Shown here in pieces: positions 9,611 through 19,977 of a stretch of 64,000 bases of DNA (position 1 is the first letter of the stretch; every line of letters starts with the position of its first letter). This DNA comes from a virus, in IMG/VR virus record IMGVR_UViG_3300011335_000775, positions 32,001 to 96,000 of that record. The stretch is one strand, 5' to 3'. Made by a program: the position numbers and the translations under genes. Under the pieces are notes generated by a model. That model saw only the letters and a program-made list of their open reading frames with translations, ran no database searches and had not been told where the DNA came from.

Positions 9611-10327
9611 ATGTATAACCCAAAATTTGATTACCAACCCATTCCTCGAGTCACTGTAGAAGGCAAACGATTCTATTCCACACCGGACGGCAACAACTTA
9701 CCATCTGTAACCACCATACTTGATAAGACCAAAAGTGAAGAAAGCAAAGCGGCACTGCATAATTGGCGACGTGCAGTGGGAGCAGAAAAAGCACAGCAAA
9801 TAACCACCGAAGCTGCCAATCGCGGCACACGTATGCACACATATCTTGAAGACTATGTGAAAAAAGGCTCCATCAAAGAACGTGGTACAAATCCGTTTAG
9901 TTGGAGCAGTCACGAAATGGCCAAAACTGTTATACGTGATGGATTGAAGCATGTGAATGAGTTCTGGGGCATAGAGGTTCCGCTGTACTTTCCTAAGATC
10001 TATGCAGGCACAACTGATGGTGCTGGATTACATCTAAATCAAGAAGCCATACTAGATTACAAACAATCCAACAAGCCTAAAAAGCGTGAGTGGATTGATG
10101 ATTATTTTGTACAGCTATGCGCCTATGCAGAAGCACATAACGAATTGCACGGTACAAAAATACGCAAAGGTGTAATTCTAATGTGTGTCAAACCTGATCT
10201 TGATGCTGATCATAATATTATTACCCCACCACAATATCAAGAATTTATACTTGAAGGTACTGAATATGATCATTATTGTGATCTGTGGTGGCGCAAAGTA
10301 GAAGAATACTACACCAAGTACATTTAG
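9611..10327 (+). CDS. PD-(D/E)XK exonuclease
   Basis: PSVTTIL, RGTRMH, YAGTTD...DYKQS, QLCAYA. Confidence 0.85.
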   Translation: MYNPKFDYQPIPRVTVEGKRFYSTPDGNNLPSVTTILDKTKSEESKAALHNWRRAVGAEKAQQITTEAANRGTRMHTYLEDYVKKGSIKERGTNPFSWSSHEMAKTVIRDGLKHVNEFWGIEVPLYFPKIYAGTTDGAGLHLNQEAILDYKQSNKPKKREWIDDYFVQLCAYAEAHNELHGTKIRKGVILMCVKPDLDADHNIITPPQYQEFILEGTEYDHYCDLWWRKVEEYYTKYI

Positions 10328-10373
10328 TTGCCTGATGGATTCTGGATAAATACAGCACAGAATTAGGATTCAT

Positions 10374-10907
10374 ATGGCAATTGTACAAGTTAGTCGCATC
10401 ACAAATCGCAAAGGTCTAGCAGAAAACCTACCGCAATTGGCCGGCGCCGAATTAGGCTGGGCAATTGATGAACGTCGATTGTACATCGGTAATGGTACCT
10501 TGCAAGATGGCGCACCGGTAATAGGCAATACAGAAATTCTCACTGAGTTTTCTACCATCACCCTGCAACAAGGTACTTTTGTACGTGAAAACGGTGTACA
10601 ACGCACATTATTGGATAACACAGCTAGCCAGGTTATTTCAACTTTTGATGCTGCTGTGATCAGAGCAGTGCAGATCAATTATACCATAACCAGAGGAGTC
10701 AACACCAGAACTGGTTTATATACCATTGTTGCTGGTACAGATTCTTCAGGCACTGGGTTGACCGGAAATGATACTGGTTATCAAAACGCATCAACTGGTG
10801 TGACGTTCAGTCAGTCTGAAACATCAAACATTGTGAGTTGGCTAGCGTCGACCACTAGCACCGGCACAAATGCCACTATAAGTTATTCAATAACAAGACT
10901 TGATTGA
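10374..10907 (+). CDS. Virion protein with Mtd-N/tail-fibre-like N-terminus
   Basis: LAGAELGWAIDERRLYIGNG; late promoter at 10347. Confidence 0.55.
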   Translation: MAIVQVSRITNRKGLAENLPQLAGAELGWAIDERRLYIGNGTLQDGAPVIGNTEILTEFSTITLQQGTFVRENGVQRTLLDNTASQVISTFDAAVIRAVQINYTITRGVNTRTGLYTIVAGTDSSGTGLTGNDTGYQNASTGVTFSQSETSNIVSWLASTTSTGTNATISYSITRLD

Positions 10908-11326
10908 TGTGGTGTTCAACCTTTGAACAACGCCTTGCGGCGTGGAACTCATTGCGTGATCGTGTTCGCAACCAGCCCAAATACGATGCCTTGGCAGAGA
11001 TCAACGCCTGGTGGCAACAAACTCCTTGGCGTGCTTATCATTTACACTGGGATGATCGATCAGATTGGCCAGACCCATGGCAACTTCTGAGCGACAACAT
11101 CTATTGTGATCTTGCTCGCGGGCTGGGAATCCTGTATACTGTCACTGTGTTAGATCGCGATGATCTTCAGGATGCTGTGTTGGTAGACTCAGATCAGGGC
11201 AATTTAGTCCTGGTAGAGGATGGAAAATATATATTGAATTGGGATCAGTCTATAAGGTTAAATATCAACCTACAGCAGAACAAACATCAAATCGCACAAC
11301 GCGATGTAAAACAACAACTATATTAA
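10907..11326 (+). CDS. Hypothetical protein
   Basis: ORF coupled to the previous gene. Confidence 0.65.
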   Translation: MWCSTFEQRLAAWNSLRDRVRNQPKYDALAEINAWWQQTPWRAYHLHWDDRSDWPDPWQLLSDNIYCDLARGLGILYTVTVLDRDDLQDAVLVDSDQGNLVLVEDGKYILNWDQSIRLNINLQQNKHQIAQRDVKQQLY

Positions 11327-11330
11327 GTAT

Positions 11331-13652
11331 ATGACACAAATCACAGTTATTAAACGTAACGGAAGAAAAGAACAATTAAGCCTAGAAAAGTGGCAAACCC
11401 AAATTGCCAAAGTATGTTCAGGCATAGCAGATGTAAGTCAAAGCATGGTGGAGATCAAAGCCCAGATGCACTTTTATGATGGCATCACTACCAAAGAGAT
11501 CGACGGCGTTACACTCCGAGCCATAGTAGATCTAATTGACATTGAACACAATCCAGATGTTGGACATACCAACTATCAATATGTGGCAGGCAAGCAACGT
11601 CTTAGCATGTTGCGCAAAGACGTATATGGATCTTATGAAGTTCCCCACCTGTATGAGATTGTGAAGAAAAACGTATCCACAGGCTTGTACACCCCGGAAC
11701 TGTTGGAATGGTACGACGAAGCTGACTGGAATCGCATGCAGGACATGATAGATCATTCCAAGGACGAGCAATACGGTTATGCTGCAATTGAACAATTGAT
11801 TGAAAAATATCTAGTAAAGAATCGTGCCACAAAGGAAACTTATGAAACTCCCCAAGTTCGTTACATGGTTGCAGCAGCCACAGTTTTTCATTCGGAAGAA
11901 CCCAACACGGCTCGTATGCGATACATCAAAGAATACTACAATGCTGCTAGTGATGGTCTTTTTACTCTTGCTACTCCTGTGTTGGCTGGTCTGGGCACTC
12001 CTACTAAACAATTTAGCAGTTGCGTTCTTATTCGGAGTGATGACGACCTTGATAGTATCTTTGCAAGTGGTGAAATGATGGCCAAGTATGCCAGCAAACG
12101 TGCTGGCATTGGACTGGAGATTGGACGACTGCGACCATTGGGTAGTCCCATTCGAGGTGGAGAAATCATGCACACTGGCATGATACCATTTTTGAAGAAA
12201 TGGTTTGGCGACTTGCGTAGTTGTTCACAAGGGGGAATCCGTAATGCTAGTGCTACTGTATTTTATCCTATTTGGCATCATCAGTTTGATGACCTTATTG
12301 TTCTTAAGAACAACCAAGGAACAGAAGAAACCCGTGTTAGACACATGGACTATGGTGTGGTTCTATCCGCATTTTTCTGGCGCAGATTCAAGAACAAAGA
12401 GAACATAACATTCTTTGACCCCAACGAAGTCCCAGACTTGTATGAAGCTTTCTACAAGAATACAGAACTATTTGAAGAACTGTATGTGAAGTATGAAAAA
12501 CAAAAAGGTCTACGCAAAAAGACCATGAGTGCAGAAGAAGTATTCAAGTCGGGCATACTAAAAGAACGCACAGATACAGGACGTATCTATCTAGTGTTCA
12601 TTGACAACGTGATGAAACAAGGACCATTTGATCCCGAATATCATACCATTTACCAGAGTAACTTATGCTGTGAAATTTTATTACCTACTCGCTCTTTTAA
12701 ACGCCTGGATGATAGTAATGGGCGTATCGCTTTATGCACGTTGGGATCGCTCAACTGGGGAGCCTTCCGTAATCCAGAAGATATCAGGCGTGCTGCCCGT
12801 ATTTTGCATCGCAGTCTTAACAATATTCTTGATTATCAGGACTTTTTATCTATACAGTCTAAACTAAGCAATGATGAAATTAGACCACTGGGTATCGGCA
12901 TCACTAACCTGGCATACTGGCATGCAAAAAGAGGTCTCAAATACGGTGAAAAAGATTCCCTAGCTGAAGTCAAAACTTGGATGGAACACATGGCATTCTA
13001 TCTCACCGAAGCCAGTGTTGAGCTAGCACAAGAGCGTGGCGCTTGTTTGGGCAGTGAACACACACGGTATGGCAACGGTGTATTTCCGTGGGAACTCCGT
13101 GCAACAGGTGTGAACGAACTTACAGACTTTGTGCCTGAGTTGGATTGGGAAACCCTGCGTACTAATATGAAAGCACATGGAGTTCGAAATGCCACACAAA
13201 TGGCAGTTGCTCCTGTTGAATCAAGCAGTGTTGTTATTAACAGCACCAACGGTATTGAAATGCCCATGAGTTTGATCAGTGTGAAAGAAAGCAAAGCAGG
13301 ATCATTTGTACAGGTTGTTCCTGAATATCATAAACTTAAAAATAAATATCAACTGATGTGGGAACAGAAAGATTGTGAGAGTTATCTCAAAACCGCTGCG
13401 GTCATTGCAGCGTATGTTGATCAATCCATCAGCACCAATACTTTTTACAATCCTGCACACTGGGAAGATCGTAAAGTTCCTACCACATTGATAGCAAAGA
13501 ACTTAATGCAATCACATGCGTGGGGGTTGAAGACCTTTTACTACAGTCTTATTAACAAACAAGGTAGTAAAGCAACAGCAGAAGATGCTCCCACAATGTT
13601 GGAACCAATCAACTTTGATAATGAAGAAGATTGTGAATCGTGTAAACTTTAA
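11331..13652 (+). CDS. nrdA: Class Ia ribonucleotide reductase alpha subunit
   Basis: ATP cone, FSSCVL, SNLCCEI, C-terminal CESCKL. Confidence 0.97.
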   Translation: MTQITVIKRNGRKEQLSLEKWQTQIAKVCSGIADVSQSMVEIKAQMHFYDGITTKEIDGVTLRAIVDLIDIEHNPDVGHTNYQYVAGKQRLSMLRKDVYGSYEVPHLYEIVKKNVSTGLYTPELLEWYDEADWNRMQDMIDHSKDEQYGYAAIEQLIEKYLVKNRATKETYETPQVRYMVAAATVFHSEEPNTARMRYIKEYYNAASDGLFTLATPVLAGLGTPTKQFSSCVLIRSDDDLDSIFASGEMMAKYASKRAGIGLEIGRLRPLGSPIRGGEIMHTGMIPFLKKWFGDLRSCSQGGIRNASATVFYPIWHHQFDDLIVLKNNQGTEETRVRHMDYGVVLSAFFWRRFKNKENITFFDPNEVPDLYEAFYKNTELFEELYVKYEKQKGLRKKTMSAEEVFKSGILKERTDTGRIYLVFIDNVMKQGPFDPEYHTIYQSNLCCEILLPTRSFKRLDDSNGRIALCTLGSLNWGAFRNPEDIRRAARILHRSLNNILDYQDFLSIQSKLSNDEIRPLGIGITNLAYWHAKRGLKYGEKDSLAEVKTWMEHMAFYLTEASVELAQERGACLGSEHTRYGNGVFPWELRATGVNELTDFVPELDWETLRTNMKAHGVRNATQMAVAPVESSSVVINSTNGIEMPMSLISVKESKAGSFVQVVPEYHKLKNKYQLMWEQKDCESYLKTAAVIAAYVDQSISTNTFYNPAHWEDRKVPTTLIAKNLMQSHAWGLKTFYYSLINKQGSKATAEDAPTMLEPINFDNEEDCESCKL

Positions 13653-13665
13653 AGGAAAAAAACAC

Positions 13666-14577
13666 ATGAAAAAATTATTAGTTATATTAAGCGTATTGGT
13701 ATTGGCGGCGTGTAATAAAGCACCTGCTCCTACTGCAACATCAAACACATTTACTCCTACTTTTGTAGTAGACTACAACAAGTGTGGAACTGATCCGGTC
13801 ATCTCTGGAAACTCGGTAACATTTGGTGAAGGAACAAACTGTGCAGCAGGTAGACTTGTATCCGAACAAGGATATGTAAACATCACACAGATCAAAGCAA
13901 CAGTTGATTTGTCAAAACTTGCACAGAACTATGTTAATGCCAGTTTGTATATGATATCAAATCCAGTTCAGCCTGGTGTTCAACCCAAGGGCACCAACTA
14001 CTGTGATGCAGGTGGAAATAATAATCAATGGAATTGCCAAGAGATTGATATCATAGAAACAAATGGTAACAAGATTACACAATCTACTGTGCATCTAGGT
14101 ACAGGTGGGTCCAGTGCTCCACAACGGTTTGAGTATTCATTTGCAGAAACTGCCAACAACAGTTGCTTTAACTATTCGTCAATGACCAGCTCAACCACTG
14201 CGACCAATGGGTTACATAACATGGTTGGTGTCATCGATATGACCAAGCCATTTGATATGGTAACTGATTTTACATACGGAACAACTCCTACCATGACAGT
14301 GACATATTCACAGGATGGCAAGAGCGTGGTAGTATATAATAGTTTGATTGGTTCAGGTGCAGAAGGTAGTGGTACTGTGGATATGACTTTGTTGACAACT
14401 AGCATGAAGAATGGTTACTGGTTGAATCTAGCATTTTGGCAAGGTTACAGCCCAACAGGTCCTGGTTCAGCACCATGGTGGAACAACAGTTGTTCATGGG
14501 GTGCATTATGCAACAGCACAGGATCATACTGGAGCATAAGCAACATTCAAGTAACTGCGGATAGTGTAATAAAATGA
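13666..14577 (+). CDS. Lipoprotein with GH7/GH16 (clan GH-B) glycoside hydrolase motifs
   Basis: Lipobox LAAC; YCDA...CQEIDIIETN (ExDxxE); IDMTKPFDMVTDF. Confidence 0.7.
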   Translation: MKKLLVILSVLVLAACNKAPAPTATSNTFTPTFVVDYNKCGTDPVISGNSVTFGEGTNCAAGRLVSEQGYVNITQIKATVDLSKLAQNYVNASLYMISNPVQPGVQPKGTNYCDAGGNNNQWNCQEIDIIETNGNKITQSTVHLGTGGSSAPQRFEYSFAETANNSCFNYSSMTSSTTATNGLHNMVGVIDMTKPFDMVTDFTYGTTPTMTVTYSQDGKSVVVYNSLIGSGAEGSGTVDMTLLTTSMKNGYWLNLAFWQGYSPTGPGSAPWWNNSCSWGALCNSTGSYWSISNIQVTADSVIK

Positions 14578-15677
14578 GCCACGCTCAATACGATCTAACT
14601 ACCAAGACAGATTATTTAACTCGCAAGATGTTTCTGGATCCAGCGGGTCCAGTCACTATTCAACGCTTTGAAGAAGTCAAATATCCCAAAATTGCCAAAC
14701 TTGAAGAAACAGCCCGCGGATTCTTTTGGCAACCAGAAGAAATTAGTCTCAGCAAAGATGCCAACGATTTCAAAGATGCATCAGACGCAGTGAAGCATAT
14801 CTTTACCAGCAATCTGTTACGTCAGACTGCCCTGGACAGTTTACAAGGACGTGGACCCACACAAGTATTCACTCCGGTATGCAGTTTACCAGAAGTAGAG
14901 GCATTGATGTATAACTGGGGATTCTTTGAAACAAATATTCACTCAAAGAGTTACAGTCATATCATTCGTAACATCTATAACGTGCCTAAAGATGTTTTCA
15001 ATACAATTCATGACATAACTGAAATTGTAGGCATGGCGTCAAGTGTAGGCCTATATTATGACAAACTCCACGAACTCAATTGCTTCAGAGAGATCAATCC
15101 AAAAACAGTCAATGAGAAACAACATATCAAGGCAATCTGGATGGCATTGCATGCCAGCTATGCACTAGAAGCATTCCGGTTCATGGTTTCATTTGCCACC
15201 AGTTTGGCCATGGTTGAAAATAAAATCTTCATTGGCAATGGCAACATCATTGGGTTGATTCTTCAAGACGAGTTGTTGCACAAAGGGTGGACTGCATATC
15301 TTATCAATCAAGTTATCAAAGAAGACAGCCGTTTTGCTGACATTAAAGTAGAGTGTGAACAGGAAGTATATGCCTTGTATATAGATGTGATTCGTGAAGA
15401 AAAAGCCTGGGCTGATTATTTGTTCAAGATGGGGCCAGTGATTGGACTCAATGCCAACATTCTCAAAGACTTTGTGGATTACACCGCAGTTGGTGCGCTC
15501 AAAGATATTGGCATCAAGTATCAAGCAGCGGCACCGCGTAGCACACCTATTCCTTGGTTTAACAAGCATTCAGACACGTCGAAGAAACAGTCGGCCTTAC
15601 AGGAAACAGAAAGCACAAACTATGTGATTGGAGTTATGTCAGAGTCGTTAGACTATGATCAGTTACCTGACCTTTGA
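14574..15677 (+). CDS. nrdB: Ribonucleotide reductase beta subunit
   Basis: [41 protein letters not shown]. Confidence 0.96.
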   Translation: MSHAQYDLTTKTDYLTRKMFLDPAGPVTIQRFEEVKYPKIAKLEETARGFFWQPEEISLSKDANDFKDASDAVKHIFTSNLLRQTALDSLQGRGPTQVFTPVCSLPEVEALMYNWGFFETNIHSKSYSHIIRNIYNVPKDVFNTIHDITEIVGMASSVGLYYDKLHELNCFREINPKTVNEKQHIKAIWMALHASYALEAFRFMVSFATSLAMVENKIFIGNGNIIGLILQDELLHKGWTAYLINQVIKEDSRFADIKVECEQEVYALYIDVIREEKAWADYLFKMGPVIGLNANILKDFVDYTAVGALKDIGIKYQAAAPRSTPIPWFNKHSDTSKKQSALQETESTNYVIGVMSESLDYDQLPDL

Positions 15678-16228
15678 GGGCAATTATTAAAATGATATCG
15701 ATGCATTGCATTTGATCCTCCAGATTTATTACAATGCGGACAAGTTATTTGTTCTTGTGGGCTAATGGTTTTACCTTTCATTGGACTCGGTAATCCTTTG
15801 TTCCAGGCAGGAAGTTTATTTTTAATACCAAGGCGCCCTTTTCCTGCTGCTGCTGCATGCTCGAGAGATTTTGATTTGCCTTTATACAGTAAACTGAGAT
15901 TGCGTTTAAATTCTATACTTCTGACAGATCCTACTGCTCCATAACCTCCGTTAGCTCGATTATGAAGAATTCCATTATCAAGATCTTTCCGACCATACCA
16001 TTTAATCATGCGACGTTCGATAGCAAACGCCCCGATCTCGTTGAGATTAGATTCAAGAATAATAATTCTATCAGCGTCTTTTGGAGTATGAACTCCGCTG
16101 GTTTTTCCTCTGTGTTGCACCCAGGCACGAGGGCCATGCCCTTTGCCGATATAATAAGGTGTGCCATCTTTTCTTAGATAGGCATACACATAAAACCCTT
16201 TGGGATGAGAATTTTTGTTTAAATACAT
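15659..16228 (-). mobile_element. Free-standing GIY-YIG homing endonuclease, antisense between nrdB and glutaredoxin
   Basis: [19 protein letters not shown]...R; PAWNKG repeat-like tail; CPHC zinc ribbon. Confidence 0.8.
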
Positions 16229-16296
16229 TTGCTGATGCTCCTTCAAAGCGTTAGAGTAGTTGGGAATTCCACTTCCGCGAACTACACCTATATTTA
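16229..16296 (-). promoter_or_regulatory. Late promoter and two-hairpin leader of the endonuclease
   Basis: TAAATA, GTAGTT..AACTAC hairpin, then GCT-TTGAAGG-AGC enclosing the RBS. Confidence 0.55.
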
Positions 16297-16313
16297 TGAA
16301 AGGACATTAAATT

Positions 16314-16562
16314 ATGACAAAAGCCATCGTCTGGTCAAAAGACAATTGCACATTCTGCGATCAAGCCAAAGCATTGTTGCAGCAGAGAAACATTGCATAT
16401 GAAGAACGGAAAATTGGATACGGATACAGTCGAGAAGACTTGTTGGAGTCTGTGCCCACAGCAAGAACATTACCACAAATTTTTGTGAACAACAACCACA
16501 TCGGCGGGTTCACAGAACTAAGAAAATACATCGAAGAAACCGCCGGCGGCTACGGGGATTGA
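16314..16562 (+). CDS. Glutaredoxin
   Basis: CTFC, TLPQIF, IGGFTEL. Confidence 0.92.
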   Translation: MTKAIVWSKDNCTFCDQAKALLQQRNIAYEERKIGYGYSREDLLESVPTARTLPQIFVNNNHIGGFTELRKYIEETAGGYGD

Positions 16563-17180
16563 ATGGCTGAATACACTTCAGATTGGTTCAGCTATGCTAT
16601 TGAGAACTTTAAACTTATCAAAAATTCTGCAATGGGCAATCATCATCCGCAGCCGGGCTTTGTTAATACAATATTAGAAATTGGCAGTCACGAAGGGCGT
16701 AGTGCATGTTGGATGTTGGAAAACTTGTTGTCGGACACAGGAACACTCACATGTGTTGATCCGTTTGCTAACAGTCCCATCACTCCGTTTAAAGATGAAA
16801 CTTACATGGTTGATAGAGAAGTATTTGCTCGATTCCAGACCAATGTGACCGAAGCAAAAAAACCTCAACAAACTGTAGACATCATGAGAGGTCTAAGTTA
16901 CTATGCATTGGCTGATCTCATTGCTCAGCGAAAGACCTTTGATTTTATATATGTAGATGGCAGTCATCAAGCAGACGCTACATTGACAGATGCATGCATG
17001 TGCTTTGGATTGCTTAACCCCACTGGGTTTATGTTGTTTGACGACTACTTGTGGAATCATGTACCCAATGTGTTGGATAGGGGAAAAATGTCAATTGATG
17101 CATTTGTGAACATGTTTTTACCCAACATCGACATAGTCAATATAAATTATCAATTCCTGATACAAAAAAAGAAAGTGTAA
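16563..17180 (+). CDS. Class I SAM methyltransferase (Methyltransf_24-like)
   Basis: LEIGSHEGRS, FDFIYVDGSH, FDDYLW. Confidence 0.85.
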   Translation: MAEYTSDWFSYAIENFKLIKNSAMGNHHPQPGFVNTILEIGSHEGRSACWMLENLLSDTGTLTCVDPFANSPITPFKDETYMVDREVFARFQTNVTEAKKPQQTVDIMRGLSYYALADLIAQRKTFDFIYVDGSHQADATLTDACMCFGLLNPTGFMLFDDYLWNHVPNVLDRGKMSIDAFVNMFLPNIDIVNINYQFLIQKKKV

Positions 17181-17184
17181 AATT

Positions 17185-17475
17185 ATGTTAATAGACAAAG
17201 GCGTTAGCGCAGGTGAAGTGGTCACACTCAAACTCACATCTGGTGAGGAATTGGTAGCAAGACTCAATGAGGAAACTGCCACACATTACAAACTATCAAA
17301 ACCCATGGTGATTGCTATGGGGGCTAAAGGTCCTGGACTCATGCCATACTTGTTTACAGTGGCACCAGACAAGGATATTTCATTGAACAAAAGCACAGTG
17401 ACCGTGGCAGTGGCCAGCGACAAAACGTTTGCTGACCAATACATGCAAAGCACAACCAACATACAATTGATCTGA
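17185..17475 (+). CDS. Conserved phage protein (Sm-like fold possible)
   Basis: VTLKLTSGEELVARL. Confidence 0.6.
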   Translation: MLIDKGVSAGEVVTLKLTSGEELVARLNEETATHYKLSKPMVIAMGAKGPGLMPYLFTVAPDKDISLNKSTVTVAVASDKTFADQYMQSTTNIQLI

Positions 17476-17497
17476 TTTTTGCTCCCATAAATACATT

Positions 17498-17713
17498 ATG
17501 GGACATAGATTTGTAATCATGCGGCATGATGAGATTGAAGTATATGATTGCTATGACGATATCCCCGATGACCTAGACCATGTGATAGAATTTGTTCCAG
17601 AAATACCTCCGGAGCCGCATACTAAACAGCAGCACCAAGAAATAGATGCTTGGCTAGGTCTCTTTAATAGACTCATGGAGAAAGCATATGCGACCAGTGG
17701 CAAGATTGGGTGA
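17498..17713 (+). CDS. Hypothetical protein
   Basis: Late promoter 4 nt upstream. Confidence 0.65.
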   Translation: MGHRFVIMRHDEIEVYDCYDDIPDDLDHVIEFVPEIPPEPHTKQQHQEIDAWLGLFNRLMEKAYATSGKIG

Positions 17714-17975
17714 TCAAGGAGTTCCTCATTGCAGTGGATTTACCATTGCACAGGGCAGTGCTACGGTATTTGTCAATTCAAAACCGGCAGCCAGAGTTGG
17801 GGATCAGAGCACTCCTCATCTTAGACCTGGCAACCCGTGCCCTGCACATGTCGCTCCTATTTCTAGTGGAAGTTCTAGTGTGTTTGTTGATGGCATTGCG
17901 TTGGCAAGAGTGGGTGATGGACTGGCTGGTTGTACCGCAGTGGCCACCGGCAGTTCAGATGTATTTGCAGGATAA
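17688..17975 (+). CDS. PAAR-repeat tail spike tip protein
   Basis: PVARLGD, PAARVGD, ARVGD repeats with His/Cys metal ligands. Confidence 0.9.
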   Translation: MRPVARLGDQGVPHCSGFTIAQGSATVFVNSKPAARVGDQSTPHLRPGNPCPAHVAPISSGSSSVFVDGIALARVGDGLAGCTAVATGSSDVFAG

Positions 17976-17978
17976 CAC

Positions 17979-19901
17979 ATGGCCACTGGTATATTAACTC
18001 CTTTACAAATGATTGCCGGTGCTGCACTGAGCAGCAATAGCGGTGTTGAGATTGCCAACACATGGACTGCCGCGGTCAATTCATATACTGGTACAACATT
18101 ACTCACACCATTCTTTGCTGCTGTGGCCAACTCATCAGCAGCCAATATCAGTGCTAATACATTGACCAGTATGTTTACATTTTGTGCCAGTACTGTGCCG
18201 GCATTGGCTGACAATACTCCTGCGGCATACAGCGGACTTGGAACCAATATCTCTGCTGGATTTACTGGAATAGTAACTACTCAAGGCAACAGTTATCTTG
18301 GCAATGGCAACAACACTGTATTTGCACAAGTATTCCCAGCAGCACAGGGATATGTGGTTGCCACAAATAGTTATATCAACAGCAGCATTAACAGTCAAAC
18401 TTATTTGGGATCAACATTCACCAGCATGAATAGTTTGATCACTGGCAATCTCAGTGATGCCACGTTGGCCATGCGATCATTTGGTACTGATCTAACTGCA
18501 TTGGGACAAATGATTGATCTTGACAATCTTGGTAACTTTGGATCACCTGCTGCACTGCTACGTCGATTGGCCACACTGACCAATATCACTCCGGGAGTAA
18601 GCAATGCATTAACGCAAGCTGGAATCAACCAGGCCAATATCAACAACATAGTAGATCCAAATGTCAACGTTGATGACAATGTACAACGACTGGCATACCT
18701 GGGCATGGTAAATGTCACAGGTACAGACCTGGAGCAAGTGTTGGCAGTATTTGGTGTAAAAACGCCTAACATAAACACCATGGCTGATTTGTTAAATCCT
18801 GTCAAGATTTTCCCCAACAGTTATCCCAGTCTCACAGTGAGAACTTACAGTCAAGATACATCAAGTGTATTGCGGGCAATCTACGATAACAATCAAGGTA
18901 CTGTAAATTCAAAACTGTTGATTTATTTGCCACAATATATTTTGGTTACCGGCAGCAGCGATATGATCACATATCACCGACTGAGTTTGATTGTACCACC
19001 AGACCAAGCATTAGCGTCCAAGGCTATTCAAGTCAGCTTGCAACAGATCAAGAACATTAATAATATGAGTTTGACACAGTTGGCCGCAGCGTTCACCAAC
19101 ATGCAGACCACTCGAGATCTTGATCTCATCAGTTCGTTGCCGGAGGCAGTACCTCCATCTGTGGCAGCATTTTATTCCAGTACATACGCAACTGGATCAG
19201 GTCCAAATGGAACATTGGTCATAACAGATCTGTTGGGAGCAGCAGTAGGAGTACCATTTACCAGTGACCTTACCAATGTTACCACCACAATCAACAGCAT
19301 GACTTTGGATGGAATATTGACCACATTAACCGGCACTTATGTGAGAATGGAAAACACAGTGAACGGTGTTTACAATGTAGGTAATGTTGTGATTATTCCA
19401 CCCGGACCGGGTGCAGGCACTTATGGCAATGCAGATGCTGCATTGAATGCATTGATCAGCAACGCAGCAGTGGAAGTGGCCAGTATTGAAAGTTCTTATC
19501 CCACACAGTCCGGCGTGCTAAACAGCAATTTCATTGCCATGGCTGCTAATCTCAGTTCAGAACTTACCAATCTATCATTGGCCAGCATAGACATAGCCAA
19601 TTTGTCAACAACCGGTCGTGGCCCTATCATGAGCTTTGTACAGAGCCTGCCTGATTATGGAATCAACACTGAACAAAACGGTCCAACTCAATTTCTTGAA
19701 TCAGTAGCCGATCTCAACACACAAGGTGGGCAAGCCATAGTGGCCTGTTTGAGAGAAGGTAAAAATGTATCGGCGTTAGATGCTGCCGGTGCCGGACAAG
19801 ACACAGTGATTCCCAGCACACCCAGTTCGGTTCCTCCACGTGCAAACTTGATTCCGAGCACATACACCGACGCAGAAGCAGCCAATTTAGTTGTAAAATA
19901 G
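17979..19901 (+). CDS. Probable baseplate/tail structural protein
   Basis: 640 aa, rich in T/N/S/A, follows PAAR. Confidence 0.55.
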   Translation: MATGILTPLQMIAGAALSSNSGVEIANTWTAAVNSYTGTTLLTPFFAAVANSSAANISANTLTSMFTFCASTVPALADNTPAAYSGLGTNISAGFTGIVTTQGNSYLGNGNNTVFAQVFPAAQGYVVATNSYINSSINSQTYLGSTFTSMNSLITGNLSDATLAMRSFGTDLTALGQMIDLDNLGNFGSPAALLRRLATLTNITPGVSNALTQAGINQANINNIVDPNVNVDDNVQRLAYLGMVNVTGTDLEQVLAVFGVKTPNINTMADLLNPVKIFPNSYPSLTVRTYSQDTSSVLRAIYDNNQGTVNSKLLIYLPQYILVTGSSDMITYHRLSLIVPPDQALASKAIQVSLQQIKNINNMSLTQLAAAFTNMQTTRDLDLISSLPEAVPPSVAAFYSSTYATGSGPNGTLVITDLLGAAVGVPFTSDLTNVTTTINSMTLDGILTTLTGTYVRMENTVNGVYNVGNVVIIPPGPGAGTYGNADAALNALISNAAVEVASIESSYPTQSGVLNSNFIAMAANLSSELTNLSLASIDIANLSTTGRGPIMSFVQSLPDYGINTEQNGPTQFLESVADLNTQGGQAIVACLREGKNVSALDAAGAGQDTVIPSTPSSVPPRANLIPSTYTDAEAANLVVK

Positions 19902-19977
19902 CAATTATAGTGCTATACTAGCTAAGTAAGAATGTGCCTTTTGGTACATAACAACAATTTTTTAAAAGGAAAACTTC

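Noticed and set aside
9611-10327. Cas4 of a CRISPR system
   Set aside because: Lacks the four-Cys cluster pattern; an ordinary phage exonuclease
10374-10907. Diversity-generating retroelement target
   Set aside because: Only an Mtd-N-like start; no reverse transcriptase and no TR/VR pair seen
11331-15677. Intron or intein in nrdA/nrdB
   Set aside because: Both ORFs are continuous and of normal length; the inserts lie between genes
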